A stretch of 54,015 nucleotides of DNA from an uncultured Clostridia bacterium (GTDB lineage Bacteria > Bacillota > Clostridia > Christensenellales > UBA1242): positions 1-54,015 of the forward strand of contig CALWDY010000021.1 of the NCBI GenBank assembly GCA_944376825.1, written 5' to 3'. Below the pieces are notes generated by a model. That model did not search any database. It saw nothing but the letters and a program-made list of their open reading frames with translations, and was not told the origin of the DNA. Positions 17,763 to 27,405 of the stretch are shown here, in pieces; positions within the stretch are counted from its first letter, which is position 1; each line of letters begins with the position of its first letter. The position numbers were made by a program, and so were the translations under genes.

Positions 17763-18967
17763 ACTTTTTCTTCTCCTTCGTTTTGTTTTTTATTTTTTCT
17801 TTCATCAGCAAATTCTATGTTTTGTTTTTTTTCTTTTTGTTTTACTTTTTCTTTTGCTTTATGAATTGAAGAAGTTACTTGTTTTGATGTTGATTTATAA
17901 AGTTTTTCATTCATTTTTTCAATTGATGAATACAGTTCTTTAAAAAGTTCAATGTAACTGTTGCTTTTATTGTCTGCAATAACAGAACTTATATAATTTG
18001 AGGAATCTATTTTTGTTGGATGTGGATATCTGTAATCAACCCTGTCGGCACGAACAACATTGTTTTTATCCATTATAATTTTAAACCAGTCATTATTAAG
18101 GGTGTATGCTCCAATTTTTGGTCTTTTTTCGTTTGCTTTGTCAAATTCATACATGCCACCAAAGGCAATAAACCAGCATTGTTTTGTTACCGTTTTCCCA
18201 TCTTTGTTTACATGAGTTGTAAGTCCGCAAGAATACCAATTAGTTTTGCTTGTTGTGCAAAAATATATATCATGTCCCGGATTGTTGTTTGCAAATTTTT
18301 GCATTGATATAGCAAGTGTGCGAACGGTGTTTATTTTTTCGTTATAATGAAGCAGAGAAACTTGCTTTGTCTTTTGATTACTTAAATTTAGTGTCAAATG
18401 GAAACCTGCATTAACAAGCTTGTTTTTCATGTCTAACATATTTGCAAGCTTTTCCATAAGGTCGGGGCCACCATTGTCAATAATTTCTTTTTCTTTAAGG
18501 CCTCTAACTAAAATTATTTTGTCTTTTATGGTTTTTAATTTTTTATATGCATAAGCAAGTTGTTCTTTGTATGGCAATGTGTCTTCGTTGTTTCCAGTTG
18601 TAACTCTTGTAAAGATATCCGAAACAACCACTACTGGATTGGTTGCATTTTTTATTTGTTCTATTATAAAATCCAGCCATTTTTCATTCATTGCGCATTT
18701 ATATGAAGCGGGATATCTTATTCTTTTGCCATCAGGGGAAAGTTTATATGCTTTTCCCAAATTAAGTTCGCACAGTCCGTTAAGTCCAACATCTTTGCTG
18801 TTAACTTTAAGGGCAATTGTTTTTTGAGTTTGCTCTTCTAATGAGTTCTCAATTTCCAAATCAATATCTTTTAATTCATTTTCATCAAATGGTTGGTCAA
18901 TTTCTTCTTTAAGTTTTATTTTTTTACCAATCACATCTAGGGCTCTATCACCATTTTCTGTGCTCAT
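17759..18967 (-). CDS. Degenerate (likely inactive) metallophosphoesterase paralogue
   Basis: Colinear with the upstream gene but metal ligands are replaced (LCELNLG, VVSDIF, VRGLKEKEI); RBS GGAG. Confidence 0.65.
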   Translation of the reverse strand: MSTENGDRALDVIGKKIKLKEEIDQPFDENELKDIDLEIENSLEEQTQKTIALKVNSKDVGLNGLCELNLGKAYKLSPDGKRIRYPASYKCAMNEKWLDFIIEQIKNATNPVVVVSDIFTRVTTGNNEDTLPYKEQLAYAYKKLKTIKDKIILVRGLKEKEIIDNGGPDLMEKLANMLDMKNKLVNAGFHLTLNLSNQKTKQVSLLHYNEKINTVRTLAISMQKFANNNPGHDIYFCTTSKTNWYSCGLTTHVNKDGKTVTKQCWFIAFGGMYEFDKANEKRPKIGAYTLNNDWFKIIMDKNNVVRADRVDYRYPHPTKIDSSNYISSVIADNKSNSYIELFKELYSSIEKMNEKLYKSTSKQVTSSIHKAKEKVKQKEKKQNIEFADERKNKKQNEGEEKV

Positions 18968-18977
18968 TTATTTCTCC

Positions 18978-20138
18978 TTAATCTTTGTTATAATACCAGC
19001 CATCAACCTTTATTTTTTGGGGAACTTTTAATTTTGTTTGTTTATTTTTTTTAGCTTCGGCATCTTTTAAAATTAAACTTACAATTTTTTCTTTTATTTC
19101 TTTGTCCATTTGTAAACCTGTTTTTTCAAGTATTTCTACAATTTCTAAAAATTTTCCGTAAATTAGAGGTTTGATTGCTTGCATATTTTTATCTATAATT
19201 TTTGAACTTTCTCGAACGCATTCATCTTTAAGTGAATATGTTCCGCTTGAAAGAATTGGAATTGATTTTGTAACTGTTACAATAGGAGGTTGCATATTAT
19301 AAGGATTTTTCTTGTCATAAAGTGGATTTAGTGCTGTTGTAATTTCAAGGGCATAATAAGGACACTTATTAATAGGTTTCAGGCCTTTTTCGTAGCCATA
19401 TTGTCCACCACCCGAGGCGGGAAGGATTATGTTTAACTCGTCCTTTCTAACTCTTTTTCCGTTTTTGTCTATTATAATTTTAGATTTAATGGATGATTGG
19501 AAAACATGCTTGTGCCCGATTGCATTTATCAAGGACTCTTGGTTTATTGCTGCATTGTTTTCTGGGTTTCCACTGTCTCCGTGATGTGTTACAAGGTTAA
19601 AAGTATGTTTTTTTGACTTGGTGTATGGGCATTTAAGCGTAACCGCTGTATCTGCAAAGCATGGCGCATATGCTTTGGGAATTCCAAGAGCTTGTGTTGC
19701 TTGCTCAACTGGATTAATTCCGGTGTTTTTGTCAATTCTTCTTTCGTGATTGCCCGAGTGTATCCAAACAACTTTGTTTTGATTTGCCACTTGTTTTAAA
19801 AGTGAAACAAAAACATTTAATTGTTCTTGTGGATAGGCGATGTCTTCAAACATGTTGCTAACAGAATTTAAAATTGCTGTGTTCATCATGTCGCCCATTC
19901 CAATTAGTTTTGCGTTTGGGGTTTGAAGAACATAGTTTAAAATTTTCATTGCTTCATCAATGCTAAAATCAACGGATCCAATGTGCCAGTCACTAATAAA
20001 TACAAGAACCACAGTATCGTATTTTTCAGACAAGTCTACATTGCAAGTTTTTATTCCATAGTCTTTTGAAAAAGTCTGTTTTTGACGATATGAATTTATG
20101 TTGTCATCGCTTTTAACTTTGTTTAAAATTTCTGCCAT
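18978..20138 (-). CDS. Calcineurin-like metallophosphoesterase
   Basis: All five motifs present: SDWH, GDMMN, GNHE, HHG, GHKH; RBS GAGGTG before ATG 20138. Confidence 0.88.
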   Translation of the reverse strand: MAEILNKVKSDDNINSYRQKQTFSKDYGIKTCNVDLSEKYDTVVLVFISDWHIGSVDFSIDEAMKILNYVLQTPNAKLIGMGDMMNTAILNSVSNMFEDIAYPQEQLNVFVSLLKQVANQNKVVWIHSGNHERRIDKNTGINPVEQATQALGIPKAYAPCFADTAVTLKCPYTKSKKHTFNLVTHHGDSGNPENNAAINQESLINAIGHKHVFQSSIKSKIIIDKNGKRVRKDELNIILPASGGGQYGYEKGLKPINKCPYYALEITTALNPLYDKKNPYNMQPPIVTVTKSIPILSSGTYSLKDECVRESSKIIDKNMQAIKPLIYGKFLEIVEILEKTGLQMDKEIKEKIVSLILKDAEAKKNKQTKLKVPQKIKVDGWYYNKD

Positions 20139-20159
20139 GTTCACCTCTGTAATAGTGTA

Positions 20160-20201
20160 AGTATATCATTCAAAATCTAAAAATGTCAATACGGTATTGA
20201 C
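20160..20201 (-). promoter_or_regulatory. Sigma-A promoter with palindromic operator candidate
   Basis: TTGACA-18-TATACT (extended TG) on the minus strand; GTCAATAC-G-GTATTGAC at 20185..20201 overlaps the -35. Confidence 0.6.
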
Positions 20202-20306
20202 TAAAAAGAAGCGATGACCATAGGCGCTTTTTTGGATGTACAACATATTGAAAATAAAAAAACGCCATACATTATATGGAAAATTTTGTCAAAAAAAACA
20301 AGAATT

Positions 20307-21359
20307 TTAATCTTGTTTTTCCTCGGTTTTATTATGTTTTGTCTTCTTTTTTTCTGTTGTTTTATTATTTTTTGCCTTTTGTTGTTTTCGTATAAGTTTT
20401 TTTTCTTTGGTTTTTTTAGAAAGTTTATATAGCATTATATCTATCGCATCGCCCGAAAGAGTTTCAACAGGTTTTACGGCAATTTCTTCGTTTCTTTTTT
20501 CCATTGGTGTTTTGTTGTATGGCATTTCCACTGTGTCATTTCTAAGCCTTACTTCCATTTGTTCAAACGGGATAGATATATTATTTCTTTTAAACTCGTT
20601 AAATACATTCTCCATAACAAAATAATAAACATCCCAATAGTCATTAGAAAGGCACCAGCAATTTGCAACAAATGTGATTGAACTTGAATCTAATGATTTT
20701 AATGCGCAAAATGGGGCAGGGTCTAAAAGAACTTTGTTGCAATTTGTTATAACATCTAAAATAATGGACTTTACCTTTTCAACATCGCTCGAATAGTCAA
20801 CGCCGAAATTAAAATATACTTTTCTAGTTGAATTTGCACTGTAATTAATAAGTGAACTTTCTACAACTTTTGAGTTTGGTATGCTTATAATTTTATTATC
20901 AGTTGTTGCAATAATTGTGTGAAGCATCTTTATTTCTGTAACTGTTCCTTCAATGTTGTCAATTGCAATATAATCTCCTTCTTTAAAAGGGTGTGTTCCA
21001 ATTATAACAACTCCGTTTGCCAAATTAGATAAACTACCTTGCATTGCAAGAGATATTGCAAGACCCGCCGCCGAAAGTAATGCAATAAAACCGGTGATAG
21101 GTATTCCAACAAATTGACATATTCCTAAAAGAAGTAACATATATAAACAAAATTTTAAAACGCTAAGCAAAAATTTATAGGTTACTCTTGACATTTTTGA
21201 TTTTGCAAAAATTTTTTTAAGCAGACCAATTATTATTTTTATAACAATGTAGCCGGCAATAAAAATTCCAATCACTTCTAAAAGTTTAATTCCAACAGTC
21301 TTTGTAACTTCAAGTGCCTGATTGCCAATGGCTTGCCAATCGACTAATAAATTTTTCAT
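20307..21359 (-). CDS. mscS: Small-conductance mechanosensitive channel
   Basis: AAGLAISLAMQGSLSNLANG, HPFKEGDYI, IPNS, IPFEQ. Confidence 0.92.
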   Translation of the reverse strand: MKNLLVDWQAIGNQALEVTKTVGIKLLEVIGIFIAGYIVIKIIIGLLKKIFAKSKMSRVTYKFLLSVLKFCLYMLLLLGICQFVGIPITGFIALLSAAGLAISLAMQGSLSNLANGVVIIGTHPFKEGDYIAIDNIEGTVTEIKMLHTIIATTDNKIISIPNSKVVESSLINYSANSTRKVYFNFGVDYSSDVEKVKSIILDVITNCNKVLLDPAPFCALKSLDSSSITFVANCWCLSNDYWDVYYFVMENVFNEFKRNNISIPFEQMEVRLRNDTVEMPYNKTPMEKRNEEIAVKPVETLSGDAIDIMLYKLSKKTKEKKLIRKQQKAKNNKTTEKKKTKHNKTEEKQD

Positions 21360-21445
21360 TTTTTCTCCTTTGTTAGTTTTTGTTTTTTAACTAAAAATAT
21401 TTTAAATTTGTTATCAAAAAAAGTCAAACAAAGTAAATATATAAA

Positions 21446-21470
21446 AAATCACCACAATTGTGGTGAAATT
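21446..21470 (-). terminator. Terminator after nrdG
   Basis: TCACCACAATTGTGGTGA palindrome with a T run on the minus strand. Confidence 0.6.
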
Positions 21471-21958
21471 TATTCATATAAAACTATTGCATTATCTTTT
21501 AGTGATTTTTTAACATCAATCACTCTTTGATTTGTGCTTCCAACCCAATGTGCGCTTGTATCTTTTTTGTCTAATTCAAATTTTCCATCGCAAAGAACAT
21601 CTATGTGTTTAAGTATTTCCAAATCTTTTATATCTTCATATTTAAATCCCGTGTAAAGCCAAATTGTTTTTTGTGGAAAATTTTGTCTTATTTCTTTTGC
21701 TAAATTTGTTATTGTTGTTACGTTGCCAGAACAAAGGGGGTCTCCGCCCGAAAATGTGATGCCACTAATATAGTCCTTTTTTAGTTCATCAAAAATTTCT
21801 TTTTTGGCGTTTTCATCAAATAATATTCCGCCGTTTGCGTCCCAGGTTATTGGATTGTGGCATCCTTTGCAGTGATGAGAACAGCCGGCTACCCACAAAA
21901 CTACCCTTAAACCTTCGCCGTTTATCATGTCTTGTTTTGTTATGTTGTGATAATTCAT
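21470..21958 (-). CDS. nrdG: Anaerobic ribonucleotide reductase activating protein
   Basis: NGEGLR, CSHHCKGCHN radical-SAM motif, SGGDP, GSTNQR. Confidence 0.96.
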   Translation of the reverse strand: MNYHNITKQDMINGEGLRVVLWVAGCSHHCKGCHNPITWDANGGILFDENAKKEIFDELKKDYISGITFSGGDPLCSGNVTTITNLAKEIRQNFPQKTIWLYTGFKYEDIKDLEILKHIDVLCDGKFELDKKDTSAHWVGSTNQRVIDVKKSLKDNAIVLYE

Positions 21959-21959
21959 A

Positions 21960-24080
21960 TTACATACTCCGTCTATCTTTAATCTCTGCCATTTTGGCAC
22001 TGTTTAATCTTGTGTCCCCTTTAACCCTGCTATATGCAAGATATCCAACCATGCGATCAATTTTAGTTAAATTTTTACTTCCGCATTTTGAACATACATC
22101 CATGCCTAGTTCGCTGTGCCCACAATCATCGCAGTAAGAAAGGGAAAGGTTTACACCTTCATAAAAACCAAGGTCCATTGCTCTTTTTACAAGAGTTTTA
22201 AATGCTTGTTTATTATAGTCAATTTGGTATCTAACATATTGAATTTTTCCACCATTAAACAAACTCCAAAATCTTCCTTCTTTGTCTTGTTTTTCAATTG
22301 GAGAAATATCTTCTGCAACATGACAATGAAAACTATTTGAAACATATTCTCTATCAGACACATTTGGGATAATTCCATAAAGTCTTCTAAATTGTTGAAC
22401 TTGAAGTCCGCACAAGTTTTCGGCTGGTGTTCCGTATATGGCATAAAGTTTGCCATCTTTTTCTTTAAATTCGTTTATTTTCTTGTTTATGTATTCCATT
22501 ACTTCAATGGCAAATTGTCCATCTTCAACAAGAGATTTTTTGTTGTAAAGTTGTTGAAGTTCGTTTAGTGCTGTTATTCCAAATGATGCAGTTGCAGATT
22601 TAAGTAATGGTTCTATTTTTTCGTTTGGTTTTAAATGACCCCCAAAAAATCCACCTTCGCAGTAGGCGAGAGGATTTGTTGATGCTCTAAGTTGAGAAAG
22701 GTATTCATAAGTTCTAAGATGTAAATTTCTAATCATTTCAAGATAATAGTCTAATACTTCATAAAAATCTTTTTCTTCTTTTCTTGCTTTTGCCAAAATC
22801 ATAGGCAAGTGCAAAGAAATTGCACCGATATTAAATCTTCCAACAAAAATTGGTTCATCTTTTTCATCAGCAGGTTTCATTCCGCCTCGTTTATACCATG
22901 GCGCCAAAAATGCACGACATCCCATTGGACTGATTGCTTTTTTATACTTTTTGTAAATACCCGACACATATCCTTCGCCAGTTAAACTTAGCCAATCAGG
23001 ATACATTGTTTTTGAAGAACACTCTATTCCTGCCTCAAAAACATCGTGGCAAGGACCGTTTTCTCCGTGCAGTGCTTCGTCATATAAAAATATAATTTTT
23101 GGAAAAAGAACAGGTTTTTTGCATTCTTTTTTGCCTTGACCATTTTTTCTAACTTCCAAAAGCGTTTTTGTTGCCATTTTTCCAAAAAGGTCTGTGGCAA
23201 GTCCGCAAGTTGTTGCAATAAAAGGGTAGTCCCCGCGAGAAGATGCAACGGTGTTAAATTTATATTCCCAACCTTGAAAGCCTTGTTTGTATTCATACTC
23301 AACATCTTTAAGGGCTTCACTTTTGCAAACTTCATCACTAAGTCCAAGATTTTTGTATTTTGCATATTTTAAATCGTATGATTTTTGGGCGTATTTTGAA
23401 AGAATTTTATCACACTCGGGAATTGTAAATCCGCCATATTGTTGTCCGGCGGCAGCCAATACGATATCACCAATAACATCAAATGCTGTGTCAAGGGTTT
23501 TTGGTTCGTTATACCAAATGTTTCCCATTTCAAAGCCACCAGTTAAAACTTCTTCAACATTAAACAAACAACAATTCATTGTGTCTCGCCTTGCTGACAT
23601 ATCGTGAATGTATATGTATCCATCGTTTATTGCTTGAATTTCATTTATGTTTAAAAAGAATTTTTTGTATAATTCCTTATTTAATTGATTAAAAATTAAG
23701 CTTCTTTTAGTTGAAACCAAACTGCTGTCCATATTTGCGTTCTCTTTGTCGCCAATATACATTATAGACTGACTTTTTCTGTAAACATCATCAAGCATTG
23801 CAACGAAATCTTGTTTGTAATCTCTGTAATCTTTATAACTTTTTGCAACTTTTGGGAAATAAGTTTCTAGTGCTTCTTCAACAACGCTGTGCATGGTTTT
23901 AATTGGAATTTGCTCTATATTTAAATTTTTAACAGAGGCATTAACTCTTTTGCATATTTTGTCTAAATCTTCTTGCGTAAAAGAAACTAAAACCCTTTCT
24001 GCCGATTTGGAAATGGCTTTAACAACTTTGTTGATGTCATAATTTTCCAAACTTCCATCTTTTTTTATAACTTGTACCAT
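21960..24080 (-). CDS. nrdD: Anaerobic ribonucleoside-triphosphate reductase
   Basis: ATP cone, YIHD, NCCL, MGCR, TPAE, CxxC-CxxC, glycyl-radical RMVGYL. Confidence 0.97.
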   Translation of the reverse strand: MVQVIKKDGSLENYDINKVVKAISKSAERVLVSFTQEDLDKICKRVNASVKNLNIEQIPIKTMHSVVEEALETYFPKVAKSYKDYRDYKQDFVAMLDDVYRKSQSIMYIGDKENANMDSSLVSTKRSLIFNQLNKELYKKFFLNINEIQAINDGYIYIHDMSARRDTMNCCLFNVEEVLTGGFEMGNIWYNEPKTLDTAFDVIGDIVLAAAGQQYGGFTIPECDKILSKYAQKSYDLKYAKYKNLGLSDEVCKSEALKDVEYEYKQGFQGWEYKFNTVASSRGDYPFIATTCGLATDLFGKMATKTLLEVRKNGQGKKECKKPVLFPKIIFLYDEALHGENGPCHDVFEAGIECSSKTMYPDWLSLTGEGYVSGIYKKYKKAISPMGCRAFLAPWYKRGGMKPADEKDEPIFVGRFNIGAISLHLPMILAKARKEEKDFYEVLDYYLEMIRNLHLRTYEYLSQLRASTNPLAYCEGGFFGGHLKPNEKIEPLLKSATASFGITALNELQQLYNKKSLVEDGQFAIEVMEYINKKINEFKEKDGKLYAIYGTPAENLCGLQVQQFRRLYGIIPNVSDREYVSNSFHCHVAEDISPIEKQDKEGRFWSLFNGGKIQYVRYQIDYNKQAFKTLVKRAMDLGFYEGVNLSLSYCDDCGHSELGMDVCSKCGSKNLTKIDRMVGYLAYSRVKGDTRLNSAKMAEIKDRRSM

Positions 24081-24150
24081 ATATTGTTCTCCTTGACATT
24101 AATTACAACATATTGTGGTTTATGTAAATTTGTGCTCCCATATATTGTGA
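24074..24150 (-). promoter_or_regulatory. NrdR boxes
   Basis: CACAATATGTTG (24103..24118) and CACAATATATGG (24135..24150), 32 bp apart; a third box-like site at 24074..24089 covers the start codon. Confidence 0.8.
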
Positions 24151-24334
24151 TTATGAAATAGAGCATATCACATAAATATTTTTTTGTACAATAAAAAATG
24201 TCAAATTTAAAAAATTTTTTTTTAAAAAAATTAAAACTGTTGGTTTTGCAAACAATGTGGTTATAAAAACAAAACTACACAAAAAATTTGTCAAAACAAA
24301 TTCAAGATGTTAAAATTAAATTAAGGAGAAAAGA

Positions 24335-24655
24335 ATGTTAAACGAAGAAGAAAGATTAAAAATTTATGACAAGGCAACACAGCTTTGGGGGCTTGTTGCA
24401 CAATATGATCAGTGTGTTGAAGAAATGGGGGAATTGATTGTTGCTATAAATAAATATAAAAGAAAGGTCCTTTATAAAGAGTATAAAGGAGATAGTAAAA
24501 TTGTTGAAAATTTGGTTGAAGAAATTGCTGATGTGAGTATATGTTTGGAACAGATGCGACATTTTTTTAAAGCGCATAATATAGATGAAGTAATAGAAAG
24601 AAAGATGCAGAAATTTTTGGGGCAGATAAATGAAATGGAAAAAGAGAAAAAATAA
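24335..24655 (+). CDS. MazG-like nucleotide pyrophosphohydrolase
   Basis: EEMGEL...EEIADV motif; RBS AAGGAG. Confidence 0.85.
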   Translation: MLNEEERLKIYDKATQLWGLVAQYDQCVEEMGELIVAINKYKRKVLYKEYKGDSKIVENLVEEIADVSICLEQMRHFFKAHNIDEVIERKMQKFLGQINEMEKEKK

Positions 24656-24806
24656 CAGACTGTCAAAAAACTGCGTGAACGAAAAATTTTTTAAAAATTT
24701 TCTTGCTTTGTTTACTGCAAAACGCCTAAAAACAGTCATTTAGGTAACTAAACTCCTGCTTTTAGGCATTTTGCGAGCCTCGCCTCACTTGTTTTTAGGC
24801 AGTCTG
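24656..24806. mobile_element. 151-bp MITE-like element
   Basis: Imperfect terminal inverted repeats CAGACTGTCAAAAAAC / GTTTTTAGGCAGTCTG; no coding capacity; begins right after the mazG-like stop. Confidence 0.6.
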
Positions 24807-24849
24807 ATTAATTTTTCATAATTAAAAGAAACACTTTAATGTGTTCTTT

Positions 24850-26316
24850 TTAGTTATACTTTTTTTCAAAATATTTAATTAAAACTCTTTGAGTGCTTTC
24901 ATTTTTGCAATATGCAAGCCATCTTAACTCGGCGATGTTTACATTTAGTTCGTTTTTATCCAGTTCGCACACAATCTCAACCTTGTCGCCGTTGTTTAGT
25001 CTTGTGTATATTGGAGATTTGTTTGGTGAGTCATTAATATAAGCATATTTGCAACTAAACCCAATGTCGTTATGAAGTTTAAAGGCAAAATCTAACATCG
25101 TGCTGTGTGAAGGTATTTTTATTTTTTCTTTTGACGGCGTGAAAACGGTTATAAAGTTTGTAACAACTCCGCCTGCCATTGTTTCATCTATTATGTCTAC
25201 ATCTGTGCCAACAATGGTTCCATTTTGAATTTCTGTGAAGTGCTGTCTAGACATGCAACTAATGCTAAAAAGGTTTCTTATATTGTCTTTCACAACCAAA
25301 TAACTATTATTAAATGTGTCATAACTTAAATTGATTGGTTTTAGTTTTTGCGACAAATTGGTGTTGGAAAGTATATCGCAAAGAAGTTCCATATAATTTT
25401 TTGACTGTTGTTTTTGGTTAAAAATGATATATATGTTATATGTTGGTACATTTATAAAATTGCTTTCTTTTATTTTTGTAAGTTTGCTTATTTCAAAGTG
25501 TGCTGTAATGTCGTTATAAATTTCAAGATGCGTTTTTGGCTCAACAATTACTTTGTATAAAGATATGTTTGTTTTAAGAGATTTTATATATAAATTTACT
25601 TCTCGCTGAATTTCTTCTTTTAGTTGGGTTATGTAATTTTTTGTGTTTTGTATATATCTGTTGTAATAGTTTACAAAATCTTTGTTTTCATCTTCTGTTG
25701 AAATCAAAAAGCATTCATTTTTTAAGTTGTCATAAAAATATTTTGATTTTAAAAGTTTTGCAAGAGGAATTATCCATTTTTTGGTTTCGTTTATTTTTGC
25801 TTCTTTTTTATATTTTGGAAAAACTTTAATTGTTTGTAAATTGTTTAATCTATCAGCAAATTTTATATAAAAACCAAATTTGTTGTTTTTTCCTATTGAT
25901 ATTAGTTTTTGGTATGTTTTGTCCTCCAATGCTTGTTTAAGAAAATCATCTGTGTTTGAAAAAAGATTTTCATTGTCGGGCATGAAATTTTCTTTTGTTA
26001 TTGCTGTAACAGCATCAACAATTTCTGCAATTTGCTTGTTAAATGTTTTTTCAATATTTTTAATTGAAACTCCGCAATCTTCAACGGTGTCGTGCAAGAG
26101 TGCCGAAGATATAACATCTGTATTAAAATCTAGGTGCTCTAAAATTGAGGCAACTTCAACCGGGTGCAATATGTATGGTTCGCCACTTTTCCTAAATTGG
26201 TTTTCGTGTTTTTGTTTTGCAAAATTATAGGCTTTTATAACATTTGATATGTCTAAACTGTTTTTCTTTTTTAAGTTGTTTATAATTCTATCGAAAATAA
26301 TTTCATAATTATTCAT
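24850..26316 (-). CDS. Truncated RelA/SpoT homologue: HD hydrolase, degenerate synthetase region, TGS
   Basis: RKSGEPYILHP, LLHDTVED, KFADRLNN; TGS VFTP...DFAFKLHNDIG; no ZFD or ACT domain. Confidence 0.85.
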   Translation of the reverse strand: MNNYEIIFDRIINNLKKKNSLDISNVIKAYNFAKQKHENQFRKSGEPYILHPVEVASILEHLDFNTDVISSALLHDTVEDCGVSIKNIEKTFNKQIAEIVDAVTAITKENFMPDNENLFSNTDDFLKQALEDKTYQKLISIGKNNKFGFYIKFADRLNNLQTIKVFPKYKKEAKINETKKWIIPLAKLLKSKYFYDNLKNECFLISTEDENKDFVNYYNRYIQNTKNYITQLKEEIQREVNLYIKSLKTNISLYKVIVEPKTHLEIYNDITAHFEISKLTKIKESNFINVPTYNIYIIFNQKQQSKNYMELLCDILSNTNLSQKLKPINLSYDTFNNSYLVVKDNIRNLFSISCMSRQHFTEIQNGTIVGTDVDIIDETMAGGVVTNFITVFTPSKEKIKIPSHSTMLDFAFKLHNDIGFSCKYAYINDSPNKSPIYTRLNNGDKVEIVCELDKNELNVNIAELRWLAYCKNESTQRVLIKYFEKKYN

Positions 26317-27283
26317 AGTCGGCATCCTTAATTAGTCTATAATAATTGTCATCTTCCATGTTGCTAACTTTTGCAAATCTAAACATATTTGAATCTATTG
26401 CATCACTAATTATATTTTGAATGCTATCTTCTACAATTCTCTTTTGCTGAAATTCGTTAAGTCCCGATTTTGTGGGGCTTAAATATAGTCTTTTAATTAA
26501 ATTTATCAGGTCTGTTATTTCGTTTTTAACATTTACTTCTGGAATGTCAAGGGCAAGAAGGTTGTATATTTCTCCATCTGGAATATTAAAAGCTATTCTT
26601 GAAAAAATGATGTATTGGATGCATGGCACATGTTCTCTGCCACGGGAAATGGAGTTTACAGTTCCAAGTCCTCCAATATATCTTTTGTTGGATGGTGGAT
26701 TGTTTAATATTATCAAACATTTGTCGTTGTTGTTTTTTAAACTTACAAAAATTTGAGTTTGGTTTTGCTCTAAATTACCCCAATAGTAATTTTCAAATTG
26801 GGTGTAAAATTGATTTATTTTTTTTATGTCGTTGTTGTAGGAGTTTAAAATTTTTAAATATTCTTCGGCTTTTTCTCTTGAAACCATAAAAATTCCATAT
26901 GATTTTAAGCCTTTTGGCGAAGAAAAATCAACATCATTAACAACAGATATTATTCCAAAGGTTAATATGTCATAATTGTAACTGCCAACTTTGCCTTTGT
27001 ATGCGCTGGAATTGTAATAATAAACAATATAATTTCCAATAAATTTTGTGTGGTTTTCGTTGCTTGAAATGTTTAAACTGTTTTTGTCTATTTCTGCAAC
27101 TAAAAATTGGTCGATATCAATTTTGTATGCTTTTTTTAATTCCAACAAAAACATTATTGATGGCATGCTTTTGCCACTTAAATAATTAACTATACTGCTT
27201 GCCGAAAATCCTGTTTTTTCTGCAACATCTTTTTGTGTGTATAAGTCTGTTAAAAATTTAAGATTTTTTTTAAATGTTTCCAT
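26309..27283 (-). CDS. XRE-family HTH protein with uncharacterised C-terminal domain
   Basis: TQKDVAEKTGFSASSIVNYLSGKSMPS HTH; overlaps the start of the RSH gene. Confidence 0.85.
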   Translation of the reverse strand: METFKKNLKFLTDLYTQKDVAEKTGFSASSIVNYLSGKSMPSIMFLLELKKAYKIDIDQFLVAEIDKNSLNISSNENHTKFIGNYIVYYYNSSAYKGKVGSYNYDILTFGIISVVNDVDFSSPKGLKSYGIFMVSREKAEEYLKILNSYNNDIKKINQFYTQFENYYWGNLEQNQTQIFVSLKNNNDKCLIILNNPPSNKRYIGGLGTVNSISRGREHVPCIQYIIFSRIAFNIPDGEIYNLLALDIPEVNVKNEITDLINLIKRLYLSPTKSGLNEFQQKRIVEDSIQNIISDAIDSNMFRFAKVSNMEDDNYYRLIKDADYE

Positions 27284-27405
27284 AACTGCTCCTTATGCAA
27301 ACATTGTATATAAAAAAAAACAAAAAATCAACATTATAATATAAAAAATTTCAAAATAATAAACAACACAATCAATTATGTTGTTATGTGATTTACAATA
27401 ATAAA

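Noticed and set aside
17759-20138. SbcCD/Mre11-Rad50
   Set aside because: The partner lacks Walker motifs and a long coiled coil, and looks like a phosphoesterase paralogue instead
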